A stretch of 64,000 bases of DNA, taken from assembly GCA_030704615.1 (NCBI GenBank), contig CM060734.1:9548001-9612000 (forward strand). The letters run 5' to 3'. Within the stretch, counting starts at the first letter, position 1. The number at the start of each line of letters is the position of its first letter. This DNA is from Takakia lepidozioides (Eukaryota > Plantae > Bryophyta). Shown piece after piece: positions 36,753-49,890 of the stretch. A program made the translations under genes and the position numbers. Under the pieces are notes generated by a model that saw only the letters and a list, made by a program, of their open reading frames with translations, made no database searches and had not been told where the DNA came from.

Positions 36753-38143
36753 TAGGTCGTAGAATACCACATACAGCACCCCTCCTCAAATCCAGCAGAA
36801 ACACGCCACGTCAGCGAGTCTGCTCTAAAAACCGGTTATGGGACAAATATGTGCTACTCGTGGCCTTTACAGATTTATGACTTACATTATCTGTCAATTG
36901 GCGGAAAATTTGTGAAGAATCCGGGTTCGAACTCGAGGTCGGGTGCAAGAAAGTGAAAAAATGGGAGAGAGCATTCGCTTGGGAAAGAAAGAGAGAACAC
37001 GTGGCAGGCATAGTTAGGGTAGAGGGGGGGAGAGTGAGGAGATAGGCTGAGAGTGGAGAGATCGCATCGAAGACGTGGAGAGCTCGACCGTCTTCTCTTC
37101 TCGTCTCGTCTCGTCTCGCGATCTGTTGAGGAGACTAAATGCAGAACTGTAACTTGGAGAGGTTGAAGGATCGTGAGTCGTGAAGAGGGAGGAAGGGAGG
37201 GAGGGGCTAGTATCAGGTCAAGTGAGTTTGACCCGGGGGAGGTGGTGCTTGAGAAAAGGCTGGGAGGAGTGGTAAGGGTTTGTAGTTTGGGAGCTGGTTA
37301 TGTGCTGGCCGATGTTAAGAGGATCGGGAGCCGAGACTGTCCGTCGTTCGATGGCTGGAAGGGAAGGCACCAGGTACGTATGGTGATGATGATGCAGGAT
37401 TAGAGCTGCATGAAGTGGTCAGGAAGAGTTCGTCTGTGGTTGGTCCGTTTATGGCGAGGACGGCCAGGTTTTGGATGGTGATGGAGAGATGTTTTACAGT
37501 TTAGCATCGTGAGTTTAGGACGAGATATTTCCAGCTGCGTCCTAGGAGAGAAGAGGATCTACATCTGTTGGGAGAGCGCGGGAGTGGGCATGCGGTTGAA
37601 GGCGACTGTAAGAATCGATAGAATCGATTTTATAGTGGCCAGATCTTGCGGCGGGATAGAGAAGAGACCAGAAGTCGAGCTGCAGGTCAGGTCTGAGATC
37701 AAAGGCAAGGAGGTGGGAGGAAACGCGATAAGGAGGTGTCTCTCTCGTCGGTTGTATAGTCTTTGTAGGGCCGTCTCTCTATTTCTCAATGTCCTCGCAT
37801 AGTTTGAACAAGAAAATGAAACTTGGTGGTGTTGGATTTGAGAGCCTGGAAAGCGGTTGGAGGTGCTTGTCGGTCATGGAAGAGTCTTTGCAGTAAAGTA
37901 CATTTGTTGGAGCCGGAATATACTGTTCTCCCTCTTCAGCGGTTCTCTTCAAGTATCAAGAGACGAGGCTTACCAGTGAGTATGTACCTGTAGGTCTGGT
38001 TACTCCTCGATCAGCATTCTACGGACCGTAAGTAAGGTTATCCATGATGAAATAAAAGTGGCGCTGCTGAAGACTGTGTTACAGAGTGGAAAACAGGGAG
38101 GTTGGAAAATCCTCTCGCTGGAGTTTCTAGTTAAAACGAAACT

Positions 38144-41100
38144 ATGTCAAGTCAAAAGCAATCCTTGATGCCCCTCAAGAGCTTGATCAGGGAGTTTCAA
38201 GAGATGAAAGGCGGGATAGGGAGCATTTCTCGAAGGAGTTTTGAGATGAAGTTTCCTAACCATCACAGAGGGCGCTCGAGCAGCATGGTACTCGATGAAA
38301 CGCTCCTGAAGGCAGATACTCAACCACAGAGCTGTTGGGCTAATATGCCCCCGGAGCTTCTCAGAGATGTAATTCAACGGGTGGAATGCAGCGAGAGTGT
38401 TTGGCCTATCCGGAAGCATGTGGTCGCTTGCGCGGCTGTTTGCAGCACTTGGAGAGAGATCACCAAGGAGCTTGTCAGGACCCCTGAACAAACGGGAAAA
38501 TTGACATTTCCCATCTCCTTAAAACAGGTAAGAGTTACCTTTTTTTTCTCCCAACAAATAGGCTATGATGTATATTTGGCAGGTGGATGTCTAAAGTAGG
38601 ATTCTCTTTCTTCTATCTAGGTAGGTGGGTACTCCCTGCTTGTGCAGAGGCTCTCGTCGGCATGATCGCGCTGTTAAATAACTGCAGTATTGTTTTGGTC
38701 TTAGCTTTATAGTTAGGGGATATGCAATGCTGACCTTCTACCATTGCAGCCTGAGATATGTTAGATCTCTGGAAAGATAGAGGTATAGTGTAAAGCCAAT
38801 TTACAGGGGTGTTTTACTGTACGGTGGACTGAAAGGTGTTGCTGATGCCGTTAAACTGCTTTTGTACAAGAACTGAGGTCCAGAACTCATTCCAATAGTG
38901 GCTTCGGACTTTAGTTTATAACGTCGTTGCTCAAGGAGAGGGGAAGAGCTGACTTTGCCACATTCCGGTGACTTCCTGAAGCTAGACTGAGTTCAACGCA
39001 TGGGTGGTATGAGGGCTGCTTGCTGGTAATAGGACACCCAAGCTTGAGTTGCTGAGATTAGTAATGTATTGTGATTAATGGAATAGTACCACTGAATAGA
39101 ATGTTGTCGGATGCTGGCAATCTGGGTTGCAGCCAGGGCCTCGGGACAACACTGTGCAGTGCTTTATAAAGCGTGATAGAACAACTTCCACTTATCAGCT
39201 CTTCCTGGGGTTGCCACCTAGTAAGTCCCTGCCTCCTTCTTTGTGGATGTCTCGGGTGGCTGTCCAATAGATTTGTCATTCTGCATGGCCATCTATGTGT
39301 GTGCCTTTTTTTCTAACATGGGCGGTTCCTGTTATGTAGCTTATGTTATGTCATGAGTCTCCCTCCAATTGCTTTGCCACCAGGCTTCAGTTCCCTCCAT
39401 TTTTGCAACTTTCCCTCTTTGACTTGACATTTACATACATTCACAGAGAGTCTCCAGCCTTTGAAGCAGGATGTGCTAGATGGATTCCACTTGTGATTGG
39501 TATGTGGATGGCCGTAGTAGCCATTCCTTAGCTGCTTGCCATGGAACTTGTACCCTAATATGGTGGGGATCCTCGCAGTTTGGAGTTCCATTGGGGAGCC
39601 ATTTGCTAGTCTTAGATGTGTAAGCAGTCGCACTGCAAGGTTGTCGTGCTCAAGTACAGCAAGTGTGTTACTGGGAAATGCCAGCTATTGAGCATTGTAA
39701 TTGTCAAAAAGTCTTTGGTAGCAGTGTCAAGTGGTGCTTGAGACGGTTTGAGGGGGGGCATCTGAAACAAGATTGCTTTGGCAGTGTACGATCATTGGAG
39801 TGAAAGAGATAAGAATAAAGGTGCTTGGTATGTGTTGTGTGCAGGATGGTTGTGCAAGTGTTTTAGTAAATTGGCAGGGCACTGTGCCCTCTTTTGTGTT
39901 TGGTTATCGTAGGTTATATATATTTTTGATATTGTCTTCCTTGTATGAAATCTGTGCAGCCCTAGTTGAAAATGGGAAGTTCTTGTTGGCTGCACGAAAG
40001 TTTCGGCGGGCCACCAGCACTGACTACATTATTTCCCTTAATGCGGAAGACATGTCACGAGGGAGCAGTACATATGTGGGAAAACTGCGGTAAGTTAGAC
40101 CCTTGCTCTCTCTCTCTCTCTTTCTCTGTCCCTTGTATGGTGGTAATGACAAGAAATTCTGGTTGGCCCTTCAACGTTTGTACAAGCCTAAAAACGGTCA
40201 GCAAGTACAAGCGCTAAAGACTACTAAAGGTGCAGTGGTGACTTTATCGGTTGACATTGTCAAAACCTTTGAAAATCACTACAGTATCCTTGGCAGAACT
40301 TCTAGGTCTAACAGTGAGGGGTCTTCTGCTGAATGGAGGGACACAGTTGGAAAAACTGTTACTATGATTCAAAACAGCCCTGATGAACTGGAGTATATTT
40401 CAATGGCTTATAATGCCCCCATTAGTTCTTCTGAGATTGTGGAAGCAATTGAACATTTAAATGGATATAAAGCTGGTGGACCTGATGGTATTGTCAACGA
40501 GCTTATCAAGCACGGTGGCGATCCCATGATAGAGGCCCTAGTTCTCCTCTTTAACCTTATCTGGAAGACTGAAATGATCCCCTTTCGCTGGCGACAGGGG
40601 GTTATTGTCAATCTATACAAGAAGAGTGACAGAGAAGAACCGGGGAACTACCGTGGCATCACGCTCCTCAATGCTGTTGGCTAGACATTCTGCAGAGTTA
40701 TAAGTACTCGTCTCAAGGTTGATCTGGAGTCTAGAGGTTGTTTCCACGAAGGCCAAGCTGGCTTTCGGCGAAACAGGGGCTGTGTGGATCATATCTTCAC
40801 TCTAAGCCAGATTATCCAGGGAAGGAAAAAAGAAGGGAAACCCACTTGAGTTTTTTTCCTGGATGTCAAAAAGGCTTATGACACAGTGTGGAGAGATGGC
40901 CTATGGTTCCGCCTCTGGTCTTGTGGGATCAAGGGAAAGATGTGGAGAGTTGTCCACAACTTGTATGCTCACACCAAAAGCTGTGTCACTGTTAACGGAC
41001 AGAAGTCCAACTTCTTTGACATAGACCAAGGTGTAGCTCAAGGATGTACTCTCTCCCCTCTGCTCTTCAATGTTTTTATCAATCAACTCCTCGAGGATGT

Positions 41101-43510
41101 GGAAAGTGAGGGATTTGGGTTAAGGGTGGGTGATACCACCATACCAGCCCTTATGTTTGCGGATGACTTCGCAGGCATAGGGGAGACTCCAACCAATCTC
41201 CAGGAGTTGTTTGATTGCGCGAAGAGATACTTTGATCTTTGGGGGCTAGAGGCTAATGTCAGCAAATGTGCAGTGGTAGCATTCAACGACAGAGGAGAGG
41301 GAGGAAGTGCTCTTAAGTGGCAGTGGGGTAGCCAAGAGATCCCGGTCCTCCCTTCCTACACTTACCTGGGCGTTGAGTTTTCCTCCAATTGTAATTGGGA
41401 TGCACATATCGGGAAAGTTGTTCAAACTGGCAAGGGCAAAGCTCTGGGGCTCACTAAATTTTCCACTGCAGAGGGGTCAACTCTGAGGTTAAGAAAACCA
41501 TGCTTTGTCGCGTTATTAGACCTGCCTTGGAGTACGGATCTGCTATATGGGTTGATAACTCCAACCAGGCTAAGTCTCTAGAATCCATTCGAGTGGGGGT
41601 GCTTAAGGAGTGTATGTCAGCATGCTCCAAAACAGCCAATGTGGCTGTTCGGGGTGAGTTTGGCATTCCGTCCTTAAGCTCCCGACGAGATGAATTCAAG
41701 GTCAGATGGTGGGGTCAGCTGCAACGTATGCCCAACACCAGATATCCTAAGTTAATCGACTCTATATCTTGGAAACAGGACCGCCCTGTCAAACAGGCTA
41801 AGTCCTGGCAGAAGAGAGTAGAAGAGATTCTCAAGGACCTGGACCTGGAACCGCAAGTCTTGACCCTGCTGGATAAATCTGACTTAGAGGCTGTAGTGTT
41901 CGAAGCCATGTCTGTTGCCATGAGATTGTCTGATGAAAATGAAGTTAGGCAGAAAACTTCCCTGAACTTGTTTCCAGTCAGTGACATGGGGGAGGACATC
42001 TTGGATGACCTCAAGGGTCTACCCACTCTCGGCACTAGACTGAAATTTAAACTCGGGCAGGAAGCCTACCTTTGAACAGCAAACAGAAGCAGAGAGGAAA
42101 GGGAGAGTGCAATTGCCTGTTGTCTGGGCAATCTGAAGACAGTATTCATTTTCTGATACACTGTCCGGGGTTCTCTCACCAAAGAGACGCTCTCTTCAAT
42201 TCTATCAAGGGAATTGTGCCTGTACCCCTGTTTACCAACTTTGAAAGTCTCGAGGCTGAGCCAAAAGCCCAGGCCCTCCTGAGGCCTAGTTTTTGGGCAA
42301 ATCACACACAGCAGATTGATGCTTGTGTGAAGGGATTTCTAGAGGATATCTGGAAAACCCGGATTAATTCTTTATATGAAGGTAAGTCTTACTACCAACG
42401 TCAGCCCCTGACAGAGGTAGGTTCTGTCCCTTTTGTTCCCGCTCAAACTGGGCGCGGGGTCAATGGCCACAAGGCTACGGCAAACAACGTCTTATGAGTA
42501 CAATCTGTCCCTTGTATGTATAAACACTGGTTTCAGATGTAGAACATTGACAATATGGGGCTCCACAGAGTAAATCTCCATCAGCTAAGTGTGGATTTCG
42601 CAGGTGCTTTGTGTTGAACTTGAAAGTCTAGGGGAGATGCAGAAGGGAAAGAATGCGATTGTCTACCGTGCCAAAGGGCTGCCATGAGTTCCACAGTTAG
42701 GGTACCTTTGTGGATCTCTGTTATTAGTTCTGTCTGCCATCACGGGAAGGATGGGGAGAGAGAGAGGGAGGGAGAGAGAGAGTTGTGCCATGCTCTTATT
42801 TTCAATGCTTTGGTGGCTGCAGGTCCAATTTCCTGGGCACAAAGTTTACCATCTATGATAGTCAACCCCCATACAGCTGGGTAGTGGCTTCTACCAGTCG
42901 TGCAAGTCGGCGCATTGGATCCAAGCAAGTATCGCCATGTATGCCTGCGGGAAGCTATAACGTGGCACACATTGCTTATGAGCTCAACGTCCTTGGAACA
43001 CGGGGCCCCCGGCGCATGCAATGTACACTCCACTCAATTCCAGCTGCAGCTATGGAGTCAGGCGGCACAGCCCCCACACCCACTGAGTTCTCTGCAAGTT
43101 CAATTGATGAAGCCTTAATCTCTCACTCTAGTATCCTGTCATCTCCAAGATCAAAAGCTGCTGTAGCTGATTGTAGCACCATTGACTGCGACTTTCACAG
43201 TGGTGTTCTTATGACCAAGGATGGACCCCTAGTATTGAAAAATAAGGCTCCCCGGTGGCATGAACAGTTACAGTGCTGGTGCCTCAACTTCCGTGGGCGG
43301 GTTACTGTTGCATCTGTTAAAAACTTCCAGCTGGTGGCTGCTACGGAACCCACACAACCAGTTTCCTCAAGTGACCATGACAAAGTTCTACTTCAATTCG
43401 GAAAGATCGGAAAAGACATGTTCACAATGGACTATCGCTACCCTCTCTCTGCTTTTCAAGCCTTTGCAATTTGCCTAAGCAGCTTCGATACAAAGCTAGC
43501 TTGTGAATGA
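38144..43510 (+). CDS. TLP: Tubby-like F-box protein; exons 38144-38527, 39133-39220, 39960-40089, 42823-43510 (429 aa)
   Basis: F-box ([17 protein letters not shown]), LTFPISLKQ|PGPRD, and a Tubby domain through [33 protein letters not shown]...FDTKLACE. All introns are GT-AG and the spliced length of 1290 nt is in frame. Confidence 0.96.
40140..42503 (+). mobile_element. 5'-truncated non-LTR retrotransposon (RTE-X-like) in Tubby intron 3
   Basis: 15-bp TSD TCTGTCCCTTGTATG (40125-40139 and 42504-42518). RT motifs [41 protein letters not shown] and MFADD, plus C-terminal [11 protein letters not shown]. Contains stops and frameshifts. Confidence 0.9.
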
Positions 43511-45517
43511 GGGGGGGATGTGCCACAACACCTAAGAAAAAACCTGCAACAATGGTAAATCCCTTCTTGCCTGAGCCCACTGAAGATGCAGGTGTATATT
43601 CAATTCCTTAGAAGCCAACACCTCTACAGAAGGATCTTACTAGACATGTCGAAAGGGAATGAAGTGCAGATTGTTGACCGTCTGATAACATCAGATTGCC
43701 ATCTCGAGAAGACGGGGTCTTTGGTGGCTTGCTTGCACACCAGCAGATCACACCAGTACCGCGTTTGGGTATCTGATGTGGAGACTGTGGATGCCTCTCT
43801 GAAGTTTGGGCAGGAACTGTTAGTAGCTGTAATGGGGGATCAGGCAGAAAAATATCCTTTTCTGGGAGCAGGGATGAAGTCACAGTGGTGTAACCTTGTT
43901 CAGGGCAGACTGTACATATCAAATTCTTGTGTTGGCATTAGATGGAGGGTTTGAACTCCTACATATATGAGGTACGGCATACATACACTGTGTTTCCAAA
44001 CAATAGTAGCTTAGATATAACATTATGTGTTTTTGTTACTTCAAAAGGAAGACATGTTAAAATCAAGGTCATCTTTCCTATTTTTGACTAGTCTGCAGAG
44101 TTGGTTAGCAATTGGTTCGTCTAGTCATCGTGTTTAATGTTGGACTACAAGTTGAAGACTTTTTCTTCTCTAGCTAAGTTTAGTGGTGGGAGTATTGATT
44201 TGATGCTAAATTTTCTTTTCAGCCCTGGGGTCTTCTAAGTGACTTCCAGATAGTAACCTCCTCAAGTGGTGGATATCTTCCATGTCAGCAGTGAACTCTG
44301 AATTTGGAAACGGACTTTGAATAGTGATTATATTCATGAATGGTGACCAAGAACCGTTATGAAATCCAGTGAAGGTCGTGTACTAATGTGCTGACCCACC
44401 TTAGACCAGGAGAGGGCTATGGTAATCTTCTCCTCCCCCATCCCTCCCTTGTAGTCTTTCCTAATATGTACCTCTGGGAGCAATGGAGCCTTGACATTGT
44501 ACAGGCATGTAACCCATGCCCAAAGCTCGCTTTTGTTGCTTATTTTCCCATTTGAACAGAATGTTTGAAGTACTTCATGCATCATGATGGTGAACACGAC
44601 TACCGTTGAGCTTGACACATTCCGGGCTTGCGAGTGTGTTGGGTAGACAATGATTAGTTTGTTTTGACTTCCTCCGCTAAACATGAGATACTTGGTAAGG
44701 ATATGAAATGGTATGTAGGTAAGTGATCCTCAATGAGGCCCCACAATTCAGGGTTTAGGAAGACCCACACAAAGTAAGATTTGAAACATGGTTGTATCTA
44801 CAGCATACACCATCACCCTAAGCTTCAACACATGTGGCTGTTCCATTTTGAAGATGATACCATTATGCTGTTGTGCGAGAATGGAGACCTCGTCCATGTC
44901 ATCAGAAAACAATGATGTATTGAGAGTCTCTGGACGAAAGGAGTCATGCTTCACTGGGGAGCTTCGCTGGAACGTTTGTAGATCCACTCAGCATTTGCCA
45001 CACCTTGTGCATTGTAGGTCAGAGAGGCAGAATCCTGTGTGCTCAGTCTAGCCACTAATTTGGCCATGTCCAAGGCCTCCTTCTCAACCATCTCACCTAC
45101 TAGCTTGGGATCCACAAGCTTGAGTAGATCTTCAGGCTCCTCACCCACTTGATTCGCCCAATTCATCATCACAATTTGTTCTGATGGAAGTGAAAAGTCT
45201 AAAACTTTCCGACCGCTCAGGAGTTCGAACAGCACACCTCAGTTATAAAGAATTTATAGTGGCTCTGAACTGATTTGAGTCCCTAAATGGGTTCAACCAC
45301 TGTAGAATTCAGACCACTGAGGGCAAGTATATGTACAATAGCTCCAAGTCTTGTAGTCAGCGGCAAGTCCCTTTCACTCCCTTTTCAATCATGCCTATCC
45401 ATTTAATATAATATTTGATCATCTATACTACTGGTAAACTTTGAAAAAGTTCAATGACACTGATCTAGCTCCTCAAAACTGCTCATGCACATGTTGTGCA
45501 AGCAGCGAATTTTTTTT

Positions 45518-48375
45518 TGTTGGAATAAGCAGCTCCATATTCAACGAATCTACAACTTGACTAAGATAGACACATTAAAAGTAACTCTCAGTTTGGAGAT
45601 GCTTTTAAAGGAAAAAGGAAGTCCATTGTGGGACTACTTTGTATATATGGAAAAAAGTAAGTCCATTTATGGGACTACTTTGTATATAGAAAAAGTAGGC
45701 TTAAAAAGGGCAGGTCCTTATAGACTGCTTTTAGCCTAGCTAGAACTACATAAGAAGCTTGGGGGTGAACCACAAAGTAGTTGTTTTATGACACACTCTT
45801 GATTGTGGTGGTTCTAAGGTTGGGTGGTGAGCTTCTATACACAAAGCATTGTTCACAGGTCCCAGGCTTGTTTTTCAACATGGTATCAGAGCTTTTGGTT
45901 TGGCTTTGTGTGGTGTTCTTGTAGGAACATCGGTTTGGCTGTGTACTGGTGTTCTTGCAGGGAACATCCATCTTTTGCTGTGTACGTGGTGTTCTTGCAG
46001 GGAACATCCATTTTGGCTGTGTATGTGGTGTTCTTGCAGGGAACATCCATTTGGCTGTGTATGTGGTGTTCTTGCAGGGAACATCCATTTGGCTGTGTAT
46101 GTGGTGTTCTTGCAGGGAACATCGGTTTGTCTTGTCTGTGTGTGTGTTTTTTGTGTGTAAGATCTTGTACAGGACTATACAGATCTGCATCAAGATTTCC
46201 AACACGATAAACACAAACAACACTTGAGATGAGTTATAGTGGTTGATTGATATTGTGTACAAATTTTTTTTTTTTTATCGTTCTGTGTGCTTTGAGTTTA
46301 CAGTCAGGGCATACAAAGAGATATGATTCCTTCTATGAGTTCTCAATCTATCGAGAAGCTGACAGGTTTGGAAAACTATCAAACATGGATGAGGGTTGTT
46401 CTTAACGAGAAAAACTTGTGGGATATCGTATCTAGAAGTGAGAAACGACCATCGCGGTAGCGGTCAAAGGACGTACATGCAATAGAGGGAGCGTTATTTC
46501 TGTTCAAGAAGAAACTGGTGCAATTTTTGCACAAGGTAAACTCGGAGGAAGACTATATGTATTTGCTGGAAATGTATGGTCGCCGAATGTTTATGTAGCA
46601 GAATCCAGTTGGAGCAAAGCTGATCTATGGCATCAACGGCTTGGTCATATTGGAGTGCAAAATTTGCAGCTGATGGCCAATTCTAAATTTGTGAACAATT
46701 TGGATATCACACGAGATGTCAGTTGATGTTTTGTGAATGATGTGCTTACGGAAAACACCATCGTCAAAATTTTCCAACTACAGGAGGTAATCGTGCCACT
46801 ACCTTACTCGAGTTGGTTCATTCTGATATATGTGGACCCATGCCAACACCTTCCATTGGAGGAGGCAAATACTTCGGTACTTTTATTGATGATTTCTCAA
46901 GAAAGACTTTTATCTATATTTTGAAACAAAAATCAGACATCTTTGAGAGTTATCGATCTATGATCCCATCAAACAATATGTTTTCAATAGTCGAGATGTT
47001 ATCTTCAATAAAACTCAAGGAACTCTTGAAGATGAATCAGATTCAGGTACTGATGTGCGTACTGATGAGCTTGAGGCTGAACCAATTAATTTGGGAGGAG
47101 GAACATCTAATGTTCCAGTTGAGGTATTTGAAGGTAAGTTATCACATCTCAATGGTCAAGATGATGAGATTTCAGATGACAGATTGTAAACCTGTTTTTA
47201 CACCTATGGTACAGAACAAAAGACTTTCCAAAATATGAGCCCACAGACTTTTGAGGGTTGGGAAAAGATGAGAGATCTATTCCGTATCAGAGTGTTGTGG
47301 GGTGCCTCATGTACGCAATGGTTGGTGCACGGTCTGAAAGTGCCGTTGCTATTGGAGCAGTATGTCAGTTCATGGCCAATCCTAGTTTAGAGCACTGGAT
47401 TGAGGTGAAACAGTTATTTCGTTACCTGAAGGGAACCCTTGATCACAGTCTTAGCTTCAGAAGGAGCTCGAGTTTGGGGTTGTATAACCTAACTTAGTCA
47501 GAAAGATCGAGAGGATCTAACTTTGGTTGGTTTCAGCGATGCTAACTATGCAGGATGTATTGATACACGCTGGTCTATAACCAGGTATACATTCATTTTG
47601 GCCAATGGTTCCATTAGTTGGAACAGTAAGAAACAACCAACTGTTGCATTATCAACAAATGAGGCTGAGTATATGGCTGCAACAGCAAAAGAGGCGATTT
47701 GGCTTCAGAAGTTATTGAAGGAAATTGGCTATCCACAGGAAGGTCCAACAACTCTTCAAGAGGACAATCAGAGTTGTAGTTCACTTCTGAAAAATCCAAC
47801 TTATCATGCGCGTACAAAGCATATTGATGTGAGGCATCATTTTGTTCGTGATAAGGTTGAGGATGGCGAAATTAAGTTAATATTTTGTAGTAGTGAAAAT
47901 ATGGTAGCCGATGTGCTCACCAAGGGACTTCCTCGTGATAAGCACGATCGCTTCAAAACTATGATGAGATTAGTTAAGGTTGAGATTGCTTGATTATCTC
48001 GCTGAGATGGAGTGTTGGAATAAGCAGCTCCATATTCAACGAATCTACAACTTGACTAAGATAGACACATTAAAAGTAACTCTCAGTTTGGAGATGCTTT
48101 TAAAGGAAAAAGGAAGTCCATTGTGGGACTACTTTGTATATATGGAGAAAAAATAAGTCCATGTATGGGACTACTTTGTATATAGAAAAAGTAGGCTTAA
48201 AAAGGCAGGTCCTTATAGACTGCTTTTAGCTTAGCTAGAACTATATAAGAAGCTTGGGGGTGAACCACAGAGTAGTTGTTTTATGACACACTCTTGATTG
48301 TGGTGGTTCTAAGGTTGGGTGGTGAGCTTCTATAAAAAAAGCATTGTTCACACGTCCCAGGCTTGTTTTTCAACA
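45518..48375 (+). mobile_element. Internally deleted Ty1/copia LTR retrotransposon
   Basis: 363-bp LTRs at 45518-45880 and 48013-48375 (TGTTG...CAACA), PBS TGGTATCAGAGC at 45881, PPT-like 48001-48012. Fragments VHSDICGP (INT), PYQSVVGCLMY (RT) and GFSDANYAG...RTKHIDVRHHF (RNase H). Probable TSD AATTT with an expanded T run on the left. Confidence 0.93.
45905..46128. repeat. ~38-40-bp tandem repeat x ~5.5 in Copia 5' UTR
   Basis: GGCTGTGTATGTGGTGTTCTTGCAGGGAACATCCATTT units. Confidence 0.9.
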
Positions 48376-49890
48376 AATTTAAGCCAGTATGTGAGGCTCT
48401 ACCTGGTGCCAGGTAGCCCACCGTCCCCTGTATGTTAGTTTGTGGAGATGTGTGAAACCATGTCATCGCACACAAGCCTTGAAAGTCCGAAATCAGCAAT
48501 GCGTGGATTGTAGTTGGCATCCAAGAGGATGTTTCCAAGCTTCATATCACAATGAATAATCCGGTGCTTCAACTCATGATGCGAATATGCAAGGCCACAC
48601 GCCGTTCCAATGGTGATGTTGCGACGCGATTCCCATTCTTCATTCCTATGCAAAAGATCTGACAAGCTTCCATTGGCCATCTATTCGCACACCAAAACTG
48701 GGAGCTCGGTATCAATGCAGCAACCCCATAACATGAGCAAGTTGCGATGTTGCACAGAGCTAACTTGGATTGTCATCTCCCTCTAGAAGGAGACTTTACC
48801 TTGATGGCACTTTTGGGTGAGTTGCTTGATGGCTACAACACATTTGTCTCTCAGCACCACTCGATATACCGTACCAAACCCTCCTTGGCATCACTAAAAT
48901 CATTTGTAGCATCTTGGAAGTAGAAAGCAGACCGATTGAAGTCCTCTAAAAGAAGACCGTCAGGGTCCGCTTGTGCACCACCAAATTCGGATCCTTTGTG
49001 ACCTTCTCTCTTCCTGATACAATCCCCTATAAGCAGCGACAGAGGAGCGCCAGAGACAGCACCCACTGGAATCACCCAAAAAAATCCATGCTGAGGCAAA
49101 TTGAGAGATTGAGCAAGTCCACACACACAAAAGAAGGTCTGACAGCAGTAGTTTGCGTGCACCAAAAACTTGGTCCAACTCTGCCAATTGCTTTTGCACT
49201 CCCTGACACCACCCTCCCCACTGCATTGCTCTTTTTCAACGGCGCTATTTTCCATGGACACTGGTGATTGACTCTTGGTGATGATCTTTGAGGGGCATTT
49301 TGCTCTTATATTTTTACCTCTTTAAATGTTAAACTATGTACTGCGAGGCTAACTCCGTTACTCCCCCTAAGCGCCCGCGAGGCCTGAAACGGGCTGTTTT
49401 GGTTTTGGACGGGCTGTACAAGATGCAGATATCGGTCGATTTGAGTGTTTTTTGGTGTTGCAAAAGGCCCTCCGCGTCAGCTAGGGGCATGCAAAAGGGA
49501 TTCGGCTTATTCAATTTTAGCCGTGAGATCTCAGGGTTTGAGTGGCAGGGGGTCGGCGGTTGCCTTCCTCCCGCGTTTTTTTTTTTGCTTCCTCTATTGC
49601 TCAGGTCGTAGCAGGGAGCCGTTGGGAAACTACCCCCTGTGCTTTGACTACCCACCATGGGGGCTGCTATTTCATGAGCGGCATGAGCATGAGCGGGAAA
49701 AAAAAAAACATGAGCGGACCATTGTGTGTCCACGGAAATAGGGTTAGGAGGCACGGAAATAGGGTCATATGAAGTTGGAATTTGGCACTAGTGGACTCGT
49801 CATAGCAATGAAATGCAACATTTTATTGCAAATTTTGTGGCAAGCCACATCTATACAAGTGTGTCCTAACAGTCATAGCCGGAATGGGCA

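Larger units (their letters stand above)
44900..49261 (-). pseudogene. Receptor-like Ser/Thr kinase pseudogene split by Copia
   Basis: VAIKQL, HRNLL, MANGSL, IIHCDMKLGNILLD, ADFGL and GTVGYLAP (48380-48850), then GVLFELLSGRK...LVDPKL (44950-45240). Multiple stops and frameshifts. Confidence 0.85.

Noticed and set aside
45905-46128. CRISPR-like repeats and repetitive ORFs (45786-46262)
   Set aside because: Head-to-tail minisatellite with no spacers; the ORFs are artefacts of the repeat.
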